From Snowella sp. (lineage in GTDB: Bacteria > Cyanobacteriota > Cyanobacteriia > Cyanobacteriales > Microcystaceae), in NCBI GenBank assembly GCA_035285545.1, contig JAYKGY010000145.1, forward strand, positions 1 through 22,987: DNA of 22,987 nt, given 5' to 3'. The notes under the pieces are model-generated. The model saw only the letters and a list, made by a program, of their open reading frames with translations, was not told the DNA's origin and ran no database searches. This document shows, piece by piece, positions 1 through 8,038 of this stretch. The translations under genes were made by a program, and so were the position numbers. Each line of letters starts with the position of its first letter. The first letter of the stretch is position 1.

Positions 1-255
1 GACTCATTTGAGAGATAGTTATCCGAGCATTTGCTAGGGAAATAACCGTCCACCTAGCTAGTGAAGTTAGCGTTCGCTAAAATGTACCAATTTCGTTCCT
101 ATTGACTTTTCGGATAGGCTCTAAGTCCCTAAAAATTAGTATCTTGTAATATTTTTCTAACAATCGCTAAAAATACGGATCAAACTATTTTCAGGATCTG
201 GTAAAATTCGGGCACTCCTTTTTTTGAGAAAACAACTCACTGTTAGCTATTATCT

Positions 256-1245
256 ATGCTTATCTTTAAATTATTGTATCGTTTATTGCCAATAGGGCTA
301 GTCATCGGAGTTAGCTCTGACGCATTGGCTTATTCTGATTTTCCGAGCACTCAAAAAGGGTCAAAAGCTCAACCCGCTTTAAACTTTTGGGAAAGTCAAA
401 AGAAAAAAGCAAGTTTCAAGCGTCAAGGCGATCTAACGGCTCAAGCTGCCCCATCAGAACAACCCTTTGCCAATGCCCAAAGCGCGGAAGAACTTCGTCA
501 ATTACTTGAAGTTAGAGAAATTGATGGGGTGGTTTCTCCTGTTCGCTCAACGCCCAGTTCTAGCCTAGGTGTGCCAACGGGTTATGGGGCCCAATGGGGT
601 AATGCCTGGATTGGTGGTGCCCTATCTTCGGCTCGTTCTTTTTATCCGGATGCAGATGGTTCTTTAGGATTTGGCATCGGCTTTGGAGATGTTCGAGAAG
701 CAGTGGGGTTAGAGGTTTTTACCGGAATTTTTAATTTAGACGGAGCAGATGACAGTATCGGTGGCGCAGCCGGTAGTGGTGGCGCAGTAGGGTTTAAACT
801 CCATCGTCTGTTAGATGAGCGGGGATATTTCTCAGCGGGGCTGGGGATGGCCAATGCCATTCGTTGGGGAACGAGTAACACTTACGGAGGAGATTACGAT
901 ACCTATTTTGGCGTTGTTACGGGAAGATTTGACCTACAAGAGAATGTTGCTAATCCTTTGCCTTTAATTGTCTCCGTTGGCTTAGGAACTGGGGCATTTC
1001 GTTCTAAAGGAGCATTTGATGCCGCAGAACAAAATGTCAATGTTTTTGCATCGGCAGGTTTGAGAATTTTCCCAGAAGTTTCGCTGATTAGCACCTGGAC
1101 AGGCTCCCAATTAAATATGGGAACGTCTCTTGCTCCGTTTCGGGATTTTCCGCTGGTCATTAATTTAGGGGCGGGCGATGTGACAGGTGTTTATCCCCAA
1201 GGAACTCGTTTTATTATGTCTTTGGGTTATGCGTTTAGATTCTAG
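256..1245 (+). CDS. Uncharacterised predicted outer-membrane beta-barrel protein
   Basis: Sec signal peptide (..SSDALA|YS). Gly/aromatic-rich body with alternating hydrophobic strands (e.g. GSLGFGIGFG, AVGFKLHR, FSAGLG, YFGVVTGRF). C-terminal BAM-type beta-signal ...IMSLGYAFRF ending in Phe. Confidence 0.75.
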   Translation: MLIFKLLYRLLPIGLVIGVSSDALAYSDFPSTQKGSKAQPALNFWESQKKKASFKRQGDLTAQAAPSEQPFANAQSAEELRQLLEVREIDGVVSPVRSTPSSSLGVPTGYGAQWGNAWIGGALSSARSFYPDADGSLGFGIGFGDVREAVGLEVFTGIFNLDGADDSIGGAAGSGGAVGFKLHRLLDERGYFSAGLGMANAIRWGTSNTYGGDYDTYFGVVTGRFDLQENVANPLPLIVSVGLGTGAFRSKGAFDAAEQNVNVFASAGLRIFPEVSLISTWTGSQLNMGTSLAPFRDFPLVINLGAGDVTGVYPQGTRFIMSLGYAFRF

Positions 1246-1277
1246 AACTTGATAACTTAAAAAATGAGGGAAACGAT

Positions 1278-2249
1278 ATGAATTATTGGTTGAAAAAATT
1301 GGGTTCTGCTAGTTTTTTAGCTTGCTGTTTAGCGAGCACTCTGTCCTATAATGCCTATGCCAATTCAGGAAGCGCGATCGGCGGTGATGGCACTGGCAGT
1401 AATTTGGATAGCTCAACCTTCTTTGGGGATTTTTTTAACCCCGATGTGAATCCTTTGGAATCAGGAGAGTTTGGGATCAGTGGACAAAGTACGGGACTTC
1501 CGCCCAATTGGAGGTGTTTACGACGTGCTATTTGTTCAGATTGTGATTTACGGCTTGAAACCTTGGGAGCAATGCTAGAGACCAATTTATCGGGGACTTT
1601 AATTGCAAGAGTGATTCAAGGGGCGGCCCCAAGATTTTGCTGTGACCCTGAATTAGCAGACCGAGCAAGAGCGCATATAGAAACGGCATCTCTTACGAAA
1701 AACACCATAGCGGCTACCACTCTTCCCGCCATCCCGCTTGTATCGGGTAATGGGGGCGCAGCCCTATTAGAGGGAATCCAAGTTTCATTGGCCAGTTCTT
1801 TTTCTGCTAGTGCTACTGAACCTCAAACGGTGTTAGCTCAAACAAGCCCTTCTGTTTCTAATAGCCGAATCAGTGATTTCTTTCCCATTGAAGCGGCTCC
1901 GCCGAGTAGCAACGCAGAAGACTTAAAGAACCAACTCCTTCAAGCTTTAAATTTTCCGCCGATTGATACCACTGCGTCAGACGAGGTACAAGTTCAGCAG
2001 GGTAAAAAGTTACAAACCTTAGATGATTTAATTACCACTTTACAGGGGTTGATTTGGGAAGAAAGCTTATCTAATAATTCGTGGCAACGCCATATTGATG
2101 TGAATCAATTAGCTGCTGCGATTAAAACGTATAATGAGTTGTTACGTTTGCTAAGTCCTGAAGAGTTGAATGCTTGGCGGGCTGATAGAAATGCTCAAGA
2201 TATTACCGCCGTTCTCAGAAAGCTCAGAGAAGGGGTAGTTACTCAATAA
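1278..2249 (+). CDS. Uncharacterised secreted protein, likely co-transcribed with the barrel gene
   Basis: Signal peptide (..YNAYA|NS), GAGG upstream of ATG, 32-bp gap to the previous gene. Gly-rich N-terminus, Cys cluster (CLRRAICSDC...FCCD), Ser/Thr/Pro linker, helical C-terminal domain (IDVNQLAAAIKTYNELL). Confidence 0.75.
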   Translation: MNYWLKKLGSASFLACCLASTLSYNAYANSGSAIGGDGTGSNLDSSTFFGDFFNPDVNPLESGEFGISGQSTGLPPNWRCLRRAICSDCDLRLETLGAMLETNLSGTLIARVIQGAAPRFCCDPELADRARAHIETASLTKNTIAATTLPAIPLVSGNGGAALLEGIQVSLASSFSASATEPQTVLAQTSPSVSNSRISDFFPIEAAPPSSNAEDLKNQLLQALNFPPIDTTASDEVQVQQGKKLQTLDDLITTLQGLIWEESLSNNSWQRHIDVNQLAAAIKTYNELLRLLSPEELNAWRADRNAQDITAVLRKLREGVVTQ

Positions 2250-2479
2250 GGGGAAGTAAAAGAGTACCTATTGTTTTATAACTTAGGAATTGAAACCCAT
2301 TACGGCGATCGCCGACAAGTCACCTTGGCAACTGCTTACTCCTCCAATTTTAAATTGATATTGCAATCAAGCTTATCGGTTTGGGAAAGCCAACCCGAAC
2401 CTTCTTTGTTTGAACTAAAATCTGAGTAATGGTGCTGGCAGTTTCCGCATGGTTTTAATGACTGACCGCCTCTGGATCA

Positions 2480-2926
2480 ATGCTCAACTATTCTCAAACC
2501 TATTCCTGTCCTTTGTGTTTACGGGGAGACATTCAATCTTTGCCCTTGATGGATGCCTTTGCCTGTAATTTTTGTCGCCATATTTTTAGTGCCAATTTGG
2601 AAGAACAGGTCTTAAATTTAGCGGATGGGCAAGTTCCTCGCCGTTGGTATCATCGGGGAGATCAATGGATTGCCGCTGAAGGGCGATCGCTTTGGGCCTA
2701 TGGTTTATTGGGATTAGGGTTAATCCTTTTGCCGACTACCATTGTGGGTTTGGGGGCCTACTGTTTTCCGCCATTACCGAATAGCCGATTATCTTGGTTA
2801 CCGCACCTCTGGGTTTGGTTAACGTTGTTGTCCCATGCCAGTTTTTTAGGGTGGTTAACGGTGGTTTATTTCCAATTTCCGGTTGGTAGCTACGTCCGAT
2901 TGGTGCGAGAACGGTTTATGACTTGA
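2480..2926 (+). CDS. Conserved cyanobacterial membrane protein with N-terminal zinc-ribbon
   Basis: CPLC...CNFC Cys pairs, then two hydrophobic segments. Stop overlaps the 3' end of the convergent gene. Confidence 0.75.
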   Translation: MLNYSQTYSCPLCLRGDIQSLPLMDAFACNFCRHIFSANLEEQVLNLADGQVPRRWYHRGDQWIAAEGRSLWAYGLLGLGLILLPTTIVGLGAYCFPPLPNSRLSWLPHLWVWLTLLSHASFLGWLTVVYFQFPVGSYVRLVRERFMT

Positions 2927-4286
2927 TTCTCAAAGAAGGAAGTAAGCGTTGATAACGGCTGACAATACCAGCGATCGCGGCGAGAATTAACCAACCCACC
3001 AGATTAACGCGAATATCAAAAATCGTCACATCAGAACAATTGTAGGCTGTCACACTGGCAAAGGCGATGACATAGGACAATAAGAGTAAATGATACTGTT
3101 CAATTTTTCGCGATCGCGTCTGCTGTGACCAAAACATTAATAAACGAGTTGCTTGTAAGAGAATCCAGCCAATTAAGCCCATTAACAGTAACGTACCAGG
3201 AATACCAATTTCTCCTAGTAACATGACAAATAAACTATGGGGATGGCCTAACCAAACATTCATTTTCGCTTGATATAACGGCGTAAAATTTCGCAGCCCC
3301 CAACCGAATAAGGGACGATCCACCATCATATTCCAAGCAAATTCCCATTGAGTCGAGCGATAGGCTGTCATATAACGATCAGGATACATTTCATCCGATA
3401 ATCTCGCCCAAATCATGTCAGGGACGATTTTTCGTAACGGTTCCCTAGCAAACGGCCCCCAGGAAGCCCAGGCAACCATTCCTCCCAATGCCATAATCAT
3501 CCCAATTAACCAATACCATCCCCAATACAGTGCAAACGCGATAACAATCAGAAAAGCAATTCCCCAGGCACTCCGAGAGTCGGTCAGAAAAATGGCGATC
3601 GCATTACAAAGAGCCGTTACCCCTAATAAAGCTAATAAATTAGTAGAGAAACGTTGGCGATCGCGTTTCCACCCCCGATAAAAATCACTCAGCAGTCCTA
3701 AATTTAACGGGAATACCATTAGCAAGTAAACGGCGAAGATATTAGCATACATGAGCAGAGACGACATTCGCCCTTCGGGCCGCCCCCCGGCAATTAAATT
3801 GGAACCAATCGCTTGCAAAAATTTAGGACTTTCCCAACCCAGCCAAATTTGCCCTAATCCCAAGATGACCATCGGCAAGGAACCGAGAACCAAAACCCAG
3901 GCTAATTGTTTCAGGTGTGAAAAAGAACGCAACAAGACATGACAAGCCAGAAACCAACCGAAGTAAGGAATAAAATTGGCTAAGCCCAAAGCGGCTTCCC
4001 CTCGATTATTGGCAAAAACTGTGGTTAATATCAGTAAAATCGAGAGAATTGCAAATCCTAACCCTAAAGGAGACTGAATCAAACTGAAATACCGTTTTTT
4101 CCAAACGCTAAAGTAAGCAAACAATAGCCCCAGCAGAGAGAGAATGGGATTGAAGGGCAAAATCATTGTGCCCCATTTCAAACCCAACCACGCTTTTGGG
4201 AAGGATGCTTGCGGAAAAGATTTAAGGTTTAATTTCAGATTTTTATGCAAATTTCTGGCTTCCTGACTAATGTGTTCGACTCCCAT
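2916..4286 (-). CDS. O-antigen ligase / Wzy_C family membrane protein
   Basis: Many TM helices; T-x-S-R-S-A-W motif, PLFGWG and HPHS (HxH) motif typical of the Wzy_C domain. Confidence 0.85.
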   Translation of the reverse strand: MGVEHISQEARNLHKNLKLNLKSFPQASFPKAWLGLKWGTMILPFNPILSLLGLLFAYFSVWKKRYFSLIQSPLGLGFAILSILLILTTVFANNRGEAALGLANFIPYFGWFLACHVLLRSFSHLKQLAWVLVLGSLPMVILGLGQIWLGWESPKFLQAIGSNLIAGGRPEGRMSSLLMYANIFAVYLLMVFPLNLGLLSDFYRGWKRDRQRFSTNLLALLGVTALCNAIAIFLTDSRSAWGIAFLIVIAFALYWGWYWLIGMIMALGGMVAWASWGPFAREPLRKIVPDMIWARLSDEMYPDRYMTAYRSTQWEFAWNMMVDRPLFGWGLRNFTPLYQAKMNVWLGHPHSLFVMLLGEIGIPGTLLLMGLIGWILLQATRLLMFWSQQTRSRKIEQYHLLLLSYVIAFASVTAYNCSDVTIFDIRVNLVGWLILAAIAGIVSRYQRLLPSLRIKS

Positions 4287-4365
4287 GTTCTGACAGCAAA
4301 TTCCTTTAGCCTACGATTGTAATCGGTTATTAGTTATAGCATCTTCTGGGAAAATCGGTTGGAAG

Positions 4366-5208
4366 CTAAGCCGGTTGCCAACATTCCTCGCGGGTCAGTC
4401 GAATTTGGGCTAGGGCAAAGATAACAGGAATAATACGGCTGTAATTCGTCGAAATTGCTCGCCATCCTAAATCTGCTAAAAACCAACCCCACAATGCTGG
4501 GCCAACAAAGGCAAAGACCGTTCTCACCGCCCCATACCGAGCAGCCGTTAAGGTCATTCCTTGTTTAGCCGTTTGTAGGGCAAGTTGGCTTTCGAGTTGA
4601 ACAGCGATCGCGCCGCCACCTTTGACCAGGGCTGTTTTGGCCACTTGATAACGGGCCATGTGTAGGGTGAACTGTTGAGCAATATGTTTGAGTAAAAAAG
4701 GTTTGAGGATGGAATTGACCGCGATCGCGCTACTGCCTTTAAGTAAAATGTGAACGGGATTATGCTCTAGCTGAACGGGTAACGGTTCGGGTAAGGATGA
4801 TTCACTTAACGAGCGTTGAATCTGAGTTGATAAAGATTTTTGTTCCGCTTTGGGTAGCCGTTTCCAAGCTTTGCTGACTAAATGGAGAAAAATTTCAGAT
4901 TCAATATCCGTCGTCGTCATCTGATTGGCGTAGGGAAGTTTCAAGTATTGACAGACTCGAATCAGGGTTTGACGATAACTAAACGCTTGGGTTTTGCCTC
5001 TTAACACCGTAAAACCATCAGCAGCTAAGTAACGAAAGCGATTTTCCAGCGAATCGAGCCAAATCGTTAGATCCTGGCTTTGGATTTCAATGGGTTCAGG
5101 GGTTTTTAAATAATCGAGGGGGTTAAATTTGCGACAAAAAAGAATTTGGGTAAGCTGTTTTAGTTCATCTTCTGTAGCTAGTTCAAGGGCTGACCGCAAT
5201 TCGTCCAA
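4366..5208 (-). CDS. YaaW-like / DUF3944 family conserved cyanobacterial protein
   Basis: TTG start; MDELRSALELATEDEL N-terminus and LADLGWRAISTNYSRIIP C-terminal motif recognised from cyanobacterial YaaW-family proteins. Confidence 0.7.
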   Translation of the reverse strand: MDELRSALELATEDELKQLTQILFCRKFNPLDYLKTPEPIEIQSQDLTIWLDSLENRFRYLAADGFTVLRGKTQAFSYRQTLIRVCQYLKLPYANQMTTTDIESEIFLHLVSKAWKRLPKAEQKSLSTQIQRSLSESSLPEPLPVQLEHNPVHILLKGSSAIAVNSILKPFLLKHIAQQFTLHMARYQVAKTALVKGGGAIAVQLESQLALQTAKQGMTLTAARYGAVRTVFAFVGPALWGWFLADLGWRAISTNYSRIIPVIFALAQIRLTREECWQPA

Positions 5209-5365
5209 AATCTTGTCCTCCGCGCCTCATCATCCGAGTGGGTTAACTACACTATTCTATAGTAGGAGCCAATGATTGACCAATGGAGAAAACTCGGTTT
5301 TTCCTAGCGGTTAATGAACCTTTGCCTACTTAAACTCTGTAAACTGCTGAAATTTAAAGACGCTT

Positions 5366-5629
5366 GTGGCTAGTAACCGTTTACCTCAAACTACCGCCTA
5401 TCTCCGCGTTACCCATCAATCTTGGCAAGAAGGGAAGATGGAAGGGGAGGTTCGGGCTGCTTCCTATGAATGGCAATTTCAATGGCATTTTCGGCATGGT
5501 AAGTTATTGGTCAAACCCTCTTTAGGGCGATCGCTGATTTATGAACCCCTGGGACGATTTTTGGAACGAAGCGATTACCAATTAGAGCCAGGCGGAGATT
5601 ATGAGTTTCTCGTTCGAGCAGAACTTTAG
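5366..5629 (+). CDS. DUF3146 family protein
   Basis: GTG start; LPQTTAY..., WQFQWHF...G.L.V.PSLGR.LI.EPL.RFL...DYQLEPGGDY.F motif. Confidence 0.8.
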   Translation: MASNRLPQTTAYLRVTHQSWQEGKMEGEVRAASYEWQFQWHFRHGKLLVKPSLGRSLIYEPLGRFLERSDYQLEPGGDYEFLVRAEL

Positions 5630-5816
5630 CCATTCTTAATTACTAGTTAATTTATTGTGCAAATACTTAAGCCGTTTCTGACAAGTGACTAATGTAATAA
5701 GGGATATGATCACAGCCGCAAAGAGTCAAAAATTGACCATCCTGTTTTGATTTACTCTTCATCTGCTGAAAGTAAACCTCTAATATAAAATTCAAAAAGA
5801 TAAACGAGTTTTATTT

Positions 5817-6338
5817 TACTGTTATTGCCAACGCTGTATAGATCTTAATAATAGCCATATCGAGCATTTTAAACCGAAAGATGAAGATTGTTATCCTCAA
5901 TTATCACTAGATTATGATAATTTTCTAGCCTCATACCAAAAGGAAAACAATGAGCAAGCAATAGGGGAAATTCCTGTTCATTGTGGTCACTCCAAAGGGA
6001 ATTGATATAATGAAAAATTAACGGCATCGCCTTTAATTGAAGACTGTACGGATTTTTTCGTTACACAGAAGCAGGCAGGAGAAATTGTACCGAGCGATGT
6101 TCCTATTAAAAGGGATGTAGCGAGAACACCCATTCAAAAAATAGGCTTAAATAAACTCAACGATAGAAGACTAGCTGTTGTTCAAGGTGTATTAAGTGAA
6201 GAGGAATTTACTAGAGAAGATATACACAAATTGCTTGTTACGTTCAATCAAATTGATGAGAACGGTCAATATTATCCTTTTTGTAATGTTTTAATTTATT
6301 GATTAAAAGAGCAATACAAACTCCTTGTTGATAAATGA
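5817..6338 (+). pseudogene. Degraded TIGR02646 / PtuB-like (retron/Septu-type) HNH endonuclease
   Basis: Manual translation: YCYCQRCIDLNNSHIEHFKPK...YPQLSLDYDNFLASY...HCGHSKGN*YNEK..SPL...GEI...IQKIGLN..NDRR...DENGQYYPFCNVLIY*LKE. In-frame TGA at 6003 and 6300; no start codon or N-terminus. Confidence 0.8.
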
Positions 6339-6457
6339 TTTAAAAAAACATAAAATTTTATAAAAAAGATAGATTTCAGCCTGGGCATTTAATCGCTAGG
6401 GATGTTATTCTAAGAATATTGCTGAGAGCCTAAAGAGAAAGCTTTAGAACCTATACA

Positions 6458-6847
6458 ATGAAAATTTTACCTTTATTATCAAGTGTATTAGCCGTAACAT
6501 TGGCCATTTCACCCGCTATTCCCCTGTTTAATTCGCCTGCTGTGGCCCAAGCGACCCAAGGGGGAGCAATGTCTCAGTTAAATTTAACGACTGCCCAACA
6601 ACAAAAGCTCCAAAAAATTTACGAATCCAGTAACCAACGAATGGCTAAAGTTTTCACCCCTGAACAACTTGCCCAACTCAAAGCTGCTCGCCAACAAAAT
6701 CAACAACCGAACTTAAATTTAACGAATAAACAAAAAGAGCAGATTCAAACAATTTATAAAGATACGAGAACTCAAATTGATGCAGTGTTGACACCTGATC
6801 AAAAGAAAAAACTGCAACAAATGTACTCTGATAAAACCAAGAAATAG
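6458..6847 (+). CDS. Spy/CpxP-like (LTXXQ motif) periplasmic protein
   Basis: Signal peptide (..PAVA|Q); repeated LNLTxxQ and LTPxQ motifs (LNLTTAQ, FTPEQ, LNLTNKQ, LTPDQ). Confidence 0.85.
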   Translation: MKILPLLSSVLAVTLAISPAIPLFNSPAVAQATQGGAMSQLNLTTAQQQKLQKIYESSNQRMAKVFTPEQLAQLKAARQQNQQPNLNLTNKQKEQIQTIYKDTRTQIDAVLTPDQKKKLQQMYSDKTKK

Positions 6848-6862
6848 AGTTTTGGGGCTAAA

Positions 6863-7639
6863 TTACAAAGCTTTTCTATTTTTTTGATAGACTAACGGTA
6901 ACTGCCACCAAGGAACATTCGGAAATTCATGATGTTCGTGATGATATCCAAAATGATAGCAGCTAAGAAATGACCAAAAAAGAGGAAATTTAAGCGTGCG
7001 GATAGGGTGTTGGCCGGTAGATTTTTCTTTTAGCTTTCGATGAGGTAGAAAAGTTCCAAAATAAAATAATTGAAAGGAACTTAAAAGCGGAGGAATTGCC
7101 CAAAAAAAGATTAAATTTAAGGCAGAAAATTGAAATACATAATGTAAAATATTGAAGATCAGGATAAAGCCCATCAGTTGCCGCCAGGTTCCGTAGGACT
7201 TCATAAAATTCCAATACCAAATGAAGAAATTTTGGTTAGCTTGATCGTAGTAATCGGGATCTTTTGAGGTGCCAGGATAGCGATGATGTAGCCAATGTTT
7301 TTTAAAGAGCTTTTGGTAAGAGAAGAAACCAAATATAAATACGGCTATCTTTCCGATCCAATGATTTAATTGGGGATTTTTAGGATAGACGGCTCCGTGC
7401 ATGGCATCATGGCTTGTGATAAATAAACCCGTATATAAAAAAGTTTGCCAAAGCAAGGCTAAAAAGCTTAAAGGAAAAGAGGTCTGAGTAATATTAGAAC
7501 ATAAAAAGATAATTAAGCTGATTATCCATAACGTAAAAATCACAAAAGCAACAATAATGCCTTGATTGACAATTGAATTAGTATCTAAAATAAAATCTAA
7601 TTGCTCTGACTCTAGCGATGCGGAATAAAGCTGAACCAT
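6863..7639 (-). CDS. crtW: Beta-carotene ketolase (CrtW type, fatty-acid-desaturase superfamily)
   Basis: Three His boxes in CrtW context: TGLFITSHDAMHG, KHWLHHRYPGT.KDPD, CYHFGYHHEHH.P.VPWWQLP. Start placed at ATG 7639 (MVQL..) rather than the TTG at 7660. Confidence 0.9.
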   Translation of the reverse strand: MVQLYSASLESEQLDFILDTNSIVNQGIIVAFVIFTLWIISLIIFLCSNITQTSFPLSFLALLWQTFLYTGLFITSHDAMHGAVYPKNPQLNHWIGKIAVFIFGFFSYQKLFKKHWLHHRYPGTSKDPDYYDQANQNFFIWYWNFMKSYGTWRQLMGFILIFNILHYVFQFSALNLIFFWAIPPLLSSFQLFYFGTFLPHRKLKEKSTGQHPIRTLKFPLFWSFLSCYHFGYHHEHHEFPNVPWWQLPLVYQKNRKAL

Positions 7640-7692
7640 AGATAGATAAATTTCCGTCAATATTTTGTGAGTATTTGAAACATCAAAAATCG

Positions 7693-7718
7693 ACTATACC
7701 TAAATTTCTCGGTATAGT
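7693..7718. promoter_or_regulatory. Perfect 8-bp inverted repeat upstream of crtW (possible operator or 5'UTR hairpin)
   Basis: ACTATACC-N10-GGTATAGT, 54-79 nt upstream of the crtW ATG. Confidence 0.35.
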
Positions 7719-7827
7719 TTTCTGGGGATAAATTATCAAAAAAAGTTTTAAATCAATAATTTAAATTGAGCAATGAATTGAATCCTATCCCTTGATTAAT
7801 CTTGATGTTTTAAGTACTCTAATCCTA

Positions 7828-7841
7828 GTAACTTGAGTTAC
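7828..7841. promoter_or_regulatory. Putative NtcA binding site
   Basis: GTAACTTGAGTTAC = GTA-N8-TAC with extended palindrome (GTAAC..GTTAC) and flanking TACA, in the crtW/tlyA divergent intergenic region. Confidence 0.55.
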
Positions 7842-8038
7842 AATTTTTATCTGTCTAGAGTTTCAAGCCTTTTAATCAATGGACTGAATTCAGGCTATAG
7901 GCTACTACCCAATTAATTCGCTTTCTGTCTTCTTAACGATTTGATATTGAATGCTTTATTGAGTTGACCGATTTAATCAATAATTAACAATAGTGATCTG
8001 TCTGTGAGTTATTGAGTGGCAATGCTTGAGGGTTTATT

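Noticed and set aside
1..255. Possible minus-strand gene start at position 7 and promoter elements
   Set aside because: Only two codons lie inside the window; cannot be supported.
5668..5765. Small minus-strand ORF MKSKSKQDGQFLTLCGCDHIPYYISHLSETA upstream of the HNH relic, or a retron ncRNA in this gap
   Set aside because: No recognisable motif; no long a1/a2 inverted repeats seen, and no reverse transcriptase in the window.
6003..6302. Two in-frame TGA codons in the HNH frame as evidence of TGA recoding or readthrough
   Set aside because: TGA is used as a normal stop in this window (e.g. 2924-2926) and Trp is encoded by TGG elsewhere. The frame also lacks a start and has lost probable Cys ligands, so simple decay explains it.
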